Of a DNA stretch of 24,892 nucleotides, positions 8,787 through 18,300 are shown one piece after another; the first letter of the stretch is position 1, and each line of letters starts with the position of its first letter. The notes under the pieces were generated by a model, which was not told where the DNA came from, searched no databases, and worked only from the letters and a program-made list of their open reading frames with translations. The stretch is from Candidatus Altiarchaeales archaeon (lineage in GTDB: Archaea > Altiarchaeota > Altiarchaeia > IMC4 > QMZM01). The stretch is from assembly GCA_003663115.1 (NCBI GenBank), contig QMZJ01000001.1:1-24892 (forward strand). Reading direction: 5' to 3'. A program made the position numbers and the translations under genes.

Positions 8787-9067
8787 GATGAGAAAAAACT
8801 TGGCGATAGAGCTACGGAAGAGATAAAAACGATCTCTTTTTATACAGAGAACAGGGGGTGACAGATGTCGCCTTCGGCGGAGGCGAACCCGCCATCAGGA
8901 GTGATATCTTTGAATTAGTTTCCCATGCAAGACATCTTGGATATGACCTCGTCTGTGATGGCCCATGGAAGGAATATACAGATATATTTGGCTGGGATGA
9001 ATTTAAGCCTGTCCCCGGAAAGAAGGTAAAAACTGTGGGGGTGATTATCAGAACACAAATTTATTAA
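8787..9067 (+). pseudogene. Remnant of an HxsC-like radical SAM gene (5'-truncated, frameshifted, internally deleted)
   Basis: The frame from 8787 reads DEKKLGDRATEEI. Adding one A to the A5 run at 8825-8829 joins it to KNDLFLYREQGVTDVAFGGGEPAIRSDIFELVSHARHLGYD, which runs straight into the family C-terminus LVCDGPWKEYTDIFGWDEFKPV. No CxxxCxxC and no TIM-barrel core. Confidence 0.75.
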
Positions 9068-9092
9068 GCAGAAAAATTAATTGATAACAGGT

Positions 9093-12000
9093 ATGAAAAA
9101 ATACATTAAATCGTTGGTTCTATTTGTTGCCCTGTTTTTGATTCTCCTCAGTTTAGGTAATGTCCATGCGCAGTGTGTAAGCCCAAGTGTCAATCCACCC
9201 TGTGATTGTGATGGTGATGGAAACAATAAGACCACTGGCGGTTGTACCTTCACTGTTCCGGACTGCGACGATGATGCTGATGGATTCGACACAGATGCTG
9301 ATCCCGTCAACTGTCCGGGCGGTACCGACTGCAATGACGCCGATGATGGCGTACATTCAACAATAACCTGTTACGATGACTGTGATGGCGATGGCTTTGG
9401 AGACCCTGCTACTGGATCGCCTGAATGTGTAATTGCATGTGGAGATGCGACAGCCTGTGGAAAACCCAGGGTAGCCGATAACACTGACTGCGACGATAGT
9501 GATGCTTCAGTTAATCCCGGGGCCGTCGAAGTTTATTGTAACTGCAAGGATGACGATTGTAATGCGGGAACCCCGGATGGACATGATGGCGATGGAGACG
9601 GGTATGACATCTGTGGCCCCGCCGACATTTGTAATCCAGATGGCAAGTTAGCAGACTGCAACGATAGTGATGCTTCAGTTAATCCCGGGGCAGCCGAGGT
9701 TCCGTGTAACTGCAAGGATGACGATTGTAATGCGGGAACCTTAGATACACCTCCCGATGCCGACGGTGACGGTTATGACATCTGTGATCCTTCAGATCCC
9801 TGTGATGGGGATGCCAATGTATCGGATTGCGACGACACCAATGGAAATATCTATCCCAATGCTATAGAGCAATGCGATGGTATAGACAACAACTGCCCAG
9901 GGGATCCCGGGTTTGGACAATGCGATGAGGGCTGCGATGACGATGACGACGATTATTGTGATTGGACAATGGCTTATATCGCTCACGCTCTAAACACCTG
10001 TTTAGCCAACTACGGGCCAGGCTTCTGCGGGGCAAACCCTGACAGCCAATGCGAATGCGATAAACCAAACGACTGCAGAGATAATGATGCAAATGTACAC
10101 CCACCGGACATGGGACTTGAGAATGACACGAGTGCCTGGCCTAATCCTAATATCTGTGGTGGAGACAATACCGGTGACGGTATCCCAGATTGTTGTGATG
10201 GGATAGACAATGACTGCGATCTTACTGCGGATGAGGGTTGTCCCATGCCGTATCCGAATATTAGAGTGTGGGAGCGAGATACTGGTGTGGTTGTTATTCC
10301 CTCACAACCAATGGATATCTGTATTCCTGTGGGTGGGGCAAAGACAGAGTGCTATTATAATATTCGTGGAGACCCCAACTTTAAGAAAGAGGGTAACTTT
10401 ACAATAAATGTAACGTGGATGGCACCGGTTAATAAGAGCGTAGAAAAAAATTTTACGGTAAATCACGATGATGATCAGATGTCTTGCGAGTGTTTTTATG
10501 CCGCTGATTGTAGGGGTATGTCGTGTTGGCTCGGGGGCAGTTTGGGCAGTGATTGGGATAAGGGCAATCCCAATATAGAAAAATGGTGCTGTGGCGATGA
10601 TCCCGATGAGCACTATGTTGGGGGTACTGATGGGACATTCGCGTGCTGTGACAACAAGAATACAACATCTATGGTTGATCTTGGGGGAGATGAGTGCGTA
10701 ATTGGTGGTGTATGTCAGGATCGATTGGTTGGTCCGGATGAGGATGGTACTCCCGCACTTTGTGATGGAATAGATAATGACTGCGATGGAAAGGTGGATG
10801 AGAACTGTGGGTGCGATTCCTCCAAGCACTCGTGCGACACAAATACAAGCTGTCCAAACTTTCGCTGTAACGACAGTTATGGGCATTCAAAATCCTGCTG
10901 GAGGGTCGGTGGAGATTCCCACCCGATCGGAGCAACGGCGTGTTGTGGAGAGAATGCTACATTTCCAAATACGCCGGGGGAGTATTATATCTGGAATCCG
11001 TGTGATGGAACCGATGCGTGCTGTGATCAAGCAGGTGAGTGCGTTCTCAGGGGTGTATGTATGAATTACGTACCACAACCAGAGACGAATTTTCCGTGCG
11101 ATTTCATCGATAATGACTGCGACTGCCTGATAGATGAGGATTATGACCAGGACCATGACAGCGTTTCGACATGTGCTGGAGACTGTAACGATACCAATCC
11201 AGGTATTTATCCCGGGGCCCCAGAGATATGCGGCGATGGGATAGATCAGGATTGCGATGGAGAGGACATAGAATGTGGAAAACCCGAGGAGATAACCCTT
11301 GGGAATCTATGCAGGCTGGTTTATGATACATTATATCTACTTATTTATGCCGCGGTGGCGATAACAGTGCTATTGATGGTTATAGGGGGGATCAAGCTCA
11401 TGGGTGCAGAAGATCCGGAGGGGGCATCTAATGCCAAAGGTATGATAAAGAATGCGGTAATTGGTTTAATTCTTGTCTTTGCCCTGGCCGGGATTGGTCA
11501 CATGTTCGTTCCGGAATGCGCCCCATTGCCCGGAACTGGCTATCATCCACCCTTCCGTTTTGGTGAGCCCCCACCACTGTCAGTAAGGATTTTGAAACCA
11601 CAGGATGGAGAATTTTTTGAAGCAGGCGAGAATGTACTTTATGATTCCCTGATACTCGGAGGTTCACCACCGTATATGTACGTCTGGGACTTCGGCGATG
11701 GAACGCCCACGATTTATGGGACATGTGCCGCCGCGGCCTGTCCATGCCCAACGATACATAATTATACCAAGGGAGTATACACAGTAAGTGTGGTAGTTAC
11801 AGACAGCGCCGGTAGAAAGGCATGGGATGAGGTGGAAATTCTGGTTGACATGATAATTGCGGAAATAGATTCACCAGAGGAGGGATTCATAGGTATATTT
11901 GGGGATCCGATAGACTTCAACGGAACGGTTAAGGGCGGAAAACCACCATATACCTATGAATGGACATCGGACAAAGATTCTCCACCGCCGATGGGGGTCA

Positions 12001-12587
12001 CAGAAGACTTACTGGGTTATGCTGGATTATCTATAAATGAACACGTAATCACATTCACGGTTACAGATAGCAAAGGTAGAACGGCTTCTGATAGTGTCTT
12101 TGTAGAGATCCTAACAAATGTTCCAACGATATCCTCATCCTTTGGGATTGATACTGCTCAGAGTTGCTGGGAGGATAGCTGGTGGGAGGAGGATCAAACC
12201 TCTTTCATGTTCAATGTAACCCCCGCAAAATTGATTCCAGCGGGAGACAATTTAGTGATAGATGTGAGGGTTGTAGAAATGGGCGATTGCACGGGAGATT
12301 GGATCCCAATGGTAGACTGCTGTACCGGGGATGTGAATAGCAAATCCATGTCTTTTGCTGGGCCCATACCCGCTGGTACACCCGTGGAATGGGCATTTAT
12401 CGACTTCTGCAAAAAGGCCAAGAAATTGGAGATAAGAATCAGTACCAGTACAGATAAGTGGACATTCTGCGCTTGCTGTGATGTCGAAAATCCATCGGGA
12501 AGTTGTCCAGGCAGGGGTGATCCACCACACGATTTCCATGAGTGTAGTGTAGAACTTGGACCTTGTTCTGTACTATCCTGCGATTAA
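9093..12587 (+). CDS. Large secreted Cys/Asp-rich surface protein: MopE-type repeats + VirB2/T4SS-pilin-like TM hairpin + 2 PKD + Cys-rich C-terminal domain (1164 aa)
   Basis: Signal peptide ...GNVHA|QC. About 7 DC(D/N)DxxxxxxPGAxExCDGxDN(D/N)CDG-type repeats and two CCG(D/E)..CC..CVxxGVC repeats. Hairpin LLIYAAVAITVLLMVIGGIKLMGAEDPEGASNAKGMIKNAVIGLILVFAL (about 11305-11500). PKD motifs GGSPPYMYVWDFGDG/VTDSAG and GGKPPYTYEW/VTDSKG. Confidence 0.85.
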   Translation: MKKYIKSLVLFVALFLILLSLGNVHAQCVSPSVNPPCDCDGDGNNKTTGGCTFTVPDCDDDADGFDTDADPVNCPGGTDCNDADDGVHSTITCYDDCDGDGFGDPATGSPECVIACGDATACGKPRVADNTDCDDSDASVNPGAVEVYCNCKDDDCNAGTPDGHDGDGDGYDICGPADICNPDGKLADCNDSDASVNPGAAEVPCNCKDDDCNAGTLDTPPDADGDGYDICDPSDPCDGDANVSDCDDTNGNIYPNAIEQCDGIDNNCPGDPGFGQCDEGCDDDDDDYCDWTMAYIAHALNTCLANYGPGFCGANPDSQCECDKPNDCRDNDANVHPPDMGLENDTSAWPNPNICGGDNTGDGIPDCCDGIDNDCDLTADEGCPMPYPNIRVWERDTGVVVIPSQPMDICIPVGGAKTECYYNIRGDPNFKKEGNFTINVTWMAPVNKSVEKNFTVNHDDDQMSCECFYAADCRGMSCWLGGSLGSDWDKGNPNIEKWCCGDDPDEHYVGGTDGTFACCDNKNTTSMVDLGGDECVIGGVCQDRLVGPDEDGTPALCDGIDNDCDGKVDENCGCDSSKHSCDTNTSCPNFRCNDSYGHSKSCWRVGGDSHPIGATACCGENATFPNTPGEYYIWNPCDGTDACCDQAGECVLRGVCMNYVPQPETNFPCDFIDNDCDCLIDEDYDQDHDSVSTCAGDCNDTNPGIYPGAPEICGDGIDQDCDGEDIECGKPEEITLGNLCRLVYDTLYLLIYAAVAITVLLMVIGGIKLMGAEDPEGASNAKGMIKNAVIGLILVFALAGIGHMFVPECAPLPGTGYHPPFRFGEPPPLSVRILKPQDGEFFEAGENVLYDSLILGGSPPYMYVWDFGDGTPTIYGTCAAAACPCPTIHNYTKGVYTVSVVVTDSAGRKAWDEVEILVDMIIAEIDSPEEGFIGIFGDPIDFNGTVKGGKPPYTYEWTSDKDSPPPMGVTEDLLGYAGLSINEHVITFTVTDSKGRTASDSVFVEILTNVPTISSSFGIDTAQSCWEDSWWEEDQTSFMFNVTPAKLIPAGDNLVIDVRVVEMGDCTGDWIPMVDCCTGDVNSKSMSFAGPIPAGTPVEWAFIDFCKKAKKLEIRISTSTDKWTFCACCDVENPSGSCPGRGDPPHDFHECSVELGPCSVLSCD
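9486..9740 (+). repeat. Recent intragenic duplication, 168-bp period
   Basis: 9486-9572 vs 9654-9740 are 80/87 identical by manual alignment, including exact 31-bp (9493/9661) and 36-bp (9537/9705) blocks. Confidence 0.9.
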
Positions 12588-12611
12588 TCTAAGAGTCATT
12601 TTTAGAGAGGC

Positions 12612-12638
12612 CACATATTTATACCAGTATTTTAAATA
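12612..12638 (+). promoter_or_regulatory. Putative TATA promoter of the membrane-protein array
   Basis: CACATATTTATACCAG (12612-12627) plus TTTAAATA (12631-12638) in the only sizeable gap before the five-gene array. Confidence 0.45.
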
Positions 12639-12654
12639 ACCTTTATGAAGAGAG

Positions 12655-13890
12655 ATGAGGCTCAATAAAGCAGAAATTCTCGCAATAGCATTAATCGTGT
12701 TGATCCTGAGCGGAACCGCATCCTCCGAGGCTCCCTGGGAATGGGTGTATAGTCATACCGTGGGCTGGGTGATAGATCAGATCAAGAGCATACCCGTGCG
12801 TTTCAGAGATTGGTTCATGAATGCCGTGATAGTTAATATCCAGAAGATACTGGGTTTATTAAAGGATATAATTATGTGGAACCCAGATCCAGACGATATT
12901 AAGCCCATGGTAGATGATTTTATGGAGATCCTGATACCGGTTTATGCGATGATAATAATCATTCTGGGGATTTATATAATATTTATATCGACCACCCCGG
13001 CTGGGAGGGCGAGGGCAAAGTCCATATTCTGGAAGATATTGTTGAGTATGGTTCTGGTTTCATTATCACTTGAGATATTTAAGATACTTTTAGGTATTTC
13101 CGAGGCACTGGCACTGAGGATGCTGGCTGGTACCATAACCACGGATTTCCCACAATTTGAGGGATTGCGCCTGATGAATCCAGCAACAGTTTTCTTCCTC
13201 CTTATAGGTCTTTGCATTATACTCATCATCACGGCTATTGTCACGGCAATTAGGTGTCTCATCGTGTTACTGGCCTGTGCAATATTCCCGTTCACGCTGT
13301 TCCTGTACTTCTTTGAGTTCACGAAGGATATAGGCTCCAAGCTTCTCAGATATTCCATAGCTGCAATATTTACTCAACCCGTTCAGGCATTGATGCTGGC
13401 AATAACCATAATTTCGATGGATTCGGTCGGTATGCAAAATGCATCCTTTAGCGTGACTATCGCCCATATATTCCTAGTTAGTGGGGGCACCATCATGATC
13501 GCTCTGGCTCCGTTGATAATGCTGGGACTTATGAAGTGGATAGGTGGCGCCCTTGCGGGTATCGGGATAGTAGTTTCATTCGTACATCCTGTACTGGGTA
13601 GTGCAATGGTTGCTGCTGGGTCCATAGCTGCTGGCATGGGTCCGGGAGGATTGATTGCTGGCGGAACCGCCTACGGGCTCAGTAAAACTTATATGCAGGC
13701 AGCTGGAATCAGAACCAGAGGAATGGAGCGCAGGGCGAGAAAACGCATGGAAAAGAGGGAGAAAAAGGAAGAGAAGAGAAGGAAAAAGGTGATGAAGCAA
13801 CACAGACCATTCAGTGATTTTGATAGGTCTTGGAAACCACCAGAAGCTACCCAATCATCAGACGAATCAACAGAGAATAATCAACGATAA
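12655..13890 (+). CDS. VirB6/TrbL/CedA-like polytopic membrane protein, paralogue 1
   Basis: Signal peptide, WNPDPDDIKP, pilin-like hairpin (LGIYIIFISTTPAGRARAKSIFWKILLSMVLV), CAIFPFTLFLYFFEFTK, QPVQALMLAI, APL..LMKWIGG, Gly/Ala-rich helices, 60-aa R/K/E tail. Confidence 0.7.
   Translation: MRLNKAEILAIALIVLILSGTASSEAPWEWVYSHTVGWVIDQIKSIPVRFRDWFMNAVIVNIQKILGLLKDIIMWNPDPDDIKPMVDDFMEILIPVYAMIIIILGIYIIFISTTPAGRARAKSIFWKILLSMVLVSLSLEIFKILLGISEALALRMLAGTITTDFPQFEGLRLMNPATVFFLLIGLCIILIITAIVTAIRCLIVLLACAIFPFTLFLYFFEFTKDIGSKLLRYSIAAIFTQPVQALMLAITIISMDSVGMQNASFSVTIAHIFLVSGGTIMIALAPLIMLGLMKWIGGALAGIGIVVSFVHPVLGSAMVAAGSIAAGMGPGGLIAGGTAYGLSKTYMQAAGIRTRGMERRARKRMEKREKKEEKRRKKVMKQHRPFSDFDRSWKPPEATQSSDESTENNQR
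13042..13088 (+). repeat. 47-bp exact repeat shared with 14257-14303
   Basis: TTGAGTATGGTTCTGGTTTCATTATCACTTGAGATATTTAAGATACT in paralogues 1 and 2 (offset 1215). Confidence 0.9.
13275..13353 (+). repeat. 79-bp exact repeat shared with 14490-14568
   Basis: CTGTGCAATATTCCCGTTCACG...CTTCTCAGATAT is identical in paralogues 1 and 2 (offset 1215). The sub-block TTCCTGTACTTCTTTGAGTTCACGA is also in paralogue 3 (about 16000-16024). Confidence 0.9.
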
Positions 13891-13908
13891 GTCGGAAAAA
13901 TGCAAAAA
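13857..13908 (+). repeat. 52-bp exact direct repeat, copy 1 (gene end + spacer + next gene start)
   Basis: ATCAGACGAATCAACAGAGAATAATCAACGATAAGTCGGAAAAATGCAAAAA, identical to 15294-15345. Confidence 0.95.
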
Positions 13909-15327
13909 TTTAGAATGACGCGGATAATTATTGGAATAACATTGACTGTGTTAGCCCTGAGTGGAATTGCATCCTCCGGCTGGGTAGAAGATCAGATCAT
14001 AAAGATACCCGAGCATTTCGCAAGGTTTATTTTGGATATGATGATCCACCATATCAAGGGGATGCTGGTCTGGGTAAAAGATATGCTTATGTGGAACCCA
14101 GATCCAGACGATATTAAGCCCATAGTAGATGATTCTATAGAGATCCTGATACCGATTTATGTGATGATAATAACCCTCACCGGCATATATGTATTATTCC
14201 TATCGATCTCCCCGGCTGGGAGGGCGAGAGCAAAGTCCATGCTCTGGAACTTAATATTGAGTATGGTTCTGGTTTCATTATCACTTGAGATATTTAAGAT
14301 ACTCCTCAATATTTCAGGTGTATTAACTCGAAGAATAATAGCAGGCATCGTAACCACTAACCTCTCACAACTTATAGGATTGAGTGAGATGAATCCATGG
14401 ATGCTTTTCTTCCTGTATATATTTATTATTCCCGTACTCTTCTGTGCAGTTCTTGCCGTAGCGCTTAGATACATTATTGTATTGATACTCTGTGCAATAT
14501 TCCCGTTCACGCTGTTCCTGTACTTCTTTGAGTTCACGAAGGATATAGGCTCCAAGCTTCTCAGATATACCATGGCTGCCATATATACCCAGGTTGTTCA
14601 GGCATTGATGCTGGCAATAACCGTGATCTCGATCAATTCGGTTGTTGTAACAGGTTTATCTACCAACGCAAATATTATCTACGGATTATTAATCGTTGCG
14701 GGGAGTCTTATGATCGCTCTGGCGCCGTTAATGATGATGGGTATCCTGAAATGGGTGGGTGGTGCCGTTGCAGGTATTGGAATGATCCTTTCCTTTAGAT
14801 ATCCGATGATCGGCGGTGCAATGGTAACCGCAGGTGGAGTAGCTGCTGGTATGGGTCCAGGGGGGCTGATTGCCGGCGGAACTGCATATGGGCTCGGCAA
14901 GGCTTACATGAGGGCATCACCGGTTAGGCAACAGAAAATAGAACGTAGGAGAGAGTGGCGCGAGGAAAATAAAGGAAGGGGCAGGGGGATCAAAGACTAT
15001 TTCAGGAGGAGAGGTAGAGCAGCTAAGGAGTATTTCACTGGTGGGAAAGCCAGGGGTGCAGGCAGATCCATGGAAGCGCAAAGATCCGATATCGATGCCA
15101 TGCTCAGAGCTAAGGATGAGGAGGGCTACATTCTGACGAAAAAATATGGAGTAAGAAGGCACGGATTAATAGAGCCAGGTGAAGAATCCTCTGGATGGGG
15201 TTTATTCAGACGAAGAAGTGGCAGTCAGGTGGGCAGCAAAGGAGAGACGGGTACTGGAAAGGGCAGCTCAATAGGTAACAAAGGCACTACAAAATCAGAC
15301 GAATCAACAGAGAATAATCAACGATAA
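13900..15327 (+). CDS. VirB6/TrbL/CedA-like membrane protein, paralogue 2
   Basis: Same core motifs as paralogue 1. R/G-rich tail of about 140 aa ending in the same SDESTENNQR. Confidence 0.7.
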   Translation: MQKFRMTRIIIGITLTVLALSGIASSGWVEDQIIKIPEHFARFILDMMIHHIKGMLVWVKDMLMWNPDPDDIKPIVDDSIEILIPIYVMIITLTGIYVLFLSISPAGRARAKSMLWNLILSMVLVSLSLEIFKILLNISGVLTRRIIAGIVTTNLSQLIGLSEMNPWMLFFLYIFIIPVLFCAVLAVALRYIIVLILCAIFPFTLFLYFFEFTKDIGSKLLRYTMAAIYTQVVQALMLAITVISINSVVVTGLSTNANIIYGLLIVAGSLMIALAPLMMMGILKWVGGAVAGIGMILSFRYPMIGGAMVTAGGVAAGMGPGGLIAGGTAYGLGKAYMRASPVRQQKIERRREWREENKGRGRGIKDYFRRRGRAAKEYFTGGKARGAGRSMEAQRSDIDAMLRAKDEEGYILTKKYGVRRHGLIEPGEESSGWGLFRRRSGSQVGSKGETGTGKGSSIGNKGTTKSDESTENNQR

Positions 15328-15345
15328 GTCGGAAAAATGCAAAAA
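15294..15345 (+). repeat. 52-bp exact direct repeat, copy 2
   Basis: Identical to 13857-13908 (period 1437 bp). Confidence 0.95.
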
Positions 15346-18300
15346 CTTAGGATAACACGAAGGGGAAAGATCCTCATTGCTGTAATCGCGTTATTGCTCA
15401 TTAGCGGTAGTGTAACAGCTTGGCAGGTATGCAAATATGGCAGTGAGGAACACGGATGCTCATTGGATCCCAGATCATGGCCGGGGTGTATATTCGGGGT
15501 ATTTATTGATATCGGTAACTGTGTCATGATGTTCTTTATCTCTCTGATGACCGAGTTTATCCTGATGAATCCGGATATAAACGAATTCAAACCCTTTGTT
15601 AATGATATCGTCTCGATTCTATTTCCGATATACGTCATAGCGATAATCATTACCGGTATCTATATAATCTTTCTGTCCACCAGCCCCGAGTCCAGGGCGC
15701 GGGCAAAGTTGATGCTCATCAGGTTGATAATGGGTATGGCTATGGTAACAACCTCATTGAGTATTTACGAGTTACTTCTCAATCTATCCGAAGCTATAGC
15801 GGGAAGAATCCTGTCCGGATGGATCCTTGGCGGTGGCGGTGGCGGTCTTGCTATATTGGCTACTCTCGTGGTTGTTTCAGTTATACTTTTTTTCATATCC
15901 GCATGGATCTTGCCAATGCTTGCTGTAATAGCCCTGATATCTATCGCCGCCAGGTTCTTTTTGGTCTCACTTATGGCCGTTCTCTTTCCCCTGACCCTAT
16001 TCCTGTACTTCTTTGAGTTCACGAGGAGTATTGGACAAAATATGATGAGATATACCCTGATGGCAATATTCACACAACCCGTTCAGGCATTGATGCTGGT
16101 TATAATGATTATCGGGCTTAATAATATAAGCACTACGGGCGACATTCTAGGGAAAATAGTCAGTCTGGTGATGGGGATTGCCGGTTTCTTGATGGTTATC
16201 TTCGCGCCATTATTAATGCTGAAGCTAATGAGCTGGGTGGGTGGCGCCGTGGCCGGCGCGGGAATGATACTGGCATACAAAAGACCGTGGGTGGGTGCAT
16301 TATTGGTGTCTGCTGGGGGTATAGGCGCTGGCATGGGCCCGGAGGCAATGGCGGCTGGAGGCGCCGTCTATACGCTGGGTCTTGCATATCAGAGGAAGTT
16401 TCCATCGAGGAGAAGACTTGACAGGACGAGAAGGTTGGTGAGAAAGGGCTGGGAAAGGGTAACTGGGAAGGTACGTGAAGAGGCCCCGGTTGTGGGCGCA
16501 TGGTTGGGTAGAAGACGTTATATCGGGAGACCCCTTACGATCGCCCATAAGCTCGGCAAAGAGCATGTCGGTCGATCGATCGGTAAAACATACGGGATAC
16601 TTAAAAACGTTAAGAGACGTGCGGGACATACAGTCCGCGTGGTTAGAAAGCACTGGAAGTTCATTGGGAAATCTCTGTTCATACCCGGATACTGGATATA
16701 TGGAGGCAGTAAATTCATGGTGAGACGGATGGGTATTTCCATAGGGAGCAGGTTGAAAGCGCACAGGCTTAACAGACATATAGAGAACATAAGAAGAGCC
16801 AGTACGAGGTCAGAGGTATGGAATGAATTAAGGAAAAGTGGTGTGGATGAGAGAGGGGTCAGACAGAGATGGAGCGATTGGTGGAAGAGACGCGAAAAGT
16901 TCAGGGAGAGATTTGAAAAAGCGAAGAGGGGGCGTATCACAGCGAAGCGCTATATAAAAGATCATAAGAAAAAAATCAGAGAGATTGACAGAAAGATCAA
17001 GAACCTAGAGAAGACGGGCTCTATAATTAAAGAGGAGGGAGGCTATGGATGGAGGGGCAGGTATAATAAGATCAGAGATCAGATCGACAAACTGAAAGAT
17101 AGGCGTGATAGATTAGTTGGTAATCTAGAAAGACATGAAAAGAATTATAGGAAATATAAGGATGAGATCAAGAAACTGAGAGTCAAAATAAAGAAGAGTG
17201 AAGGCATGGAGGGGCGGGAGATCCGAAGGCTCAAGGAGAAATATCCCATCAAGAAAGAGGATGCGGATAAACTACAGGATGAACTGTACAGAGAGTTTAA
17301 GAAACTGCGCGGTGAAAAGTATATGGACACAGCCACGGCAAAGAATCGGGCGCGGGACCTCGTTAATAGGTACATTGCGGAGAATGACTTCAGGGTTGTT
17401 GAGGAGGGGTTACGGGAGGCAGGCATAGATGAAAAGAGGATAACCGAGTTAGGGGATAGATACGACAGGCGTGGTCTGGATAGATTGAAAAGGGAGGCAG
17501 AGGAGAGTATCAAATTTAAGAGGGCCATCGAACATGATCTTGATTCCGCAACTACCTTTGAGGAGGTGGAAGAGATTAACGAGAGACTCGGCGACCGAGG
17601 TCTCTCAAAGGAAGAATTTGAAAGGTTGAAAGAGAGGGAGATGGAAAGAAGAGAGAAGGAAGTCGAAAAAATCGAAAAAGAGGAAGCGAAGGATTGGGCG
17701 AGACGGAAAGTAGCGCGAGAGGGCATATCCAGCGAAGATGAGGCTTGGGCGATTGAAGAGATGAGAGAAGATGGGATAAACCCAGAAAAACTCAGCTCGA
17801 AAGAACTTAATGAAGAGATCAGGGCAAGGGTAATTGAGAGAGAGGCCCATCATGAAGCCGAGAGGATAATAAACGAAGAGATGGTAGTAAGTGATAGATT
17901 CACGGAAGATGTGAAGAATTCGCTCAGGGCAAATGACGCTATGGAAAGGCTCAAATACGCCAGAAACCCCGAGGAGGTAAAGGCGATCGCGAGGGAATTT
18001 GGCGTTTCGGAAAGAGATATACATAGGATAGGTGCAGAGTATATGGCCCCCGAGGAGGGAATAGAGCGCAAACCGAGTGCGACCGGGAGGGATCTGGATA
18101 CGTTCAAGGAGAGCGCAAAAAAGGCCATCGAAGAGAAAAAGCATCAAATAGAAAATAAACTTGGAACCCTCGATAAGATCAAGAGATATGGTCCTCATGT
18201 AGGTTTGGCTCTTACCATTCCAGGTTATGTACCCTACATGGCAGGCCGTAGCCTGTATGGTGCAATGACAACGGCAAGATCTCTTATTGCTCTACAGACG

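Noticed and set aside
9093-12587. Higher GC than the flanks as a sign of horizontal transfer
   Set aside because: Spot counts differ (about 33% at 3001-3060 vs about 52% at 9601-9660), but Cys/Asp/Gly/Pro-rich coding explains this. GC3 would need to be computed.
13857-15345. CRISPR-like interpretation of the direct repeats
   Set aside because: Only two copies, 1437 bp apart and coding; no spacer array or cas genes.
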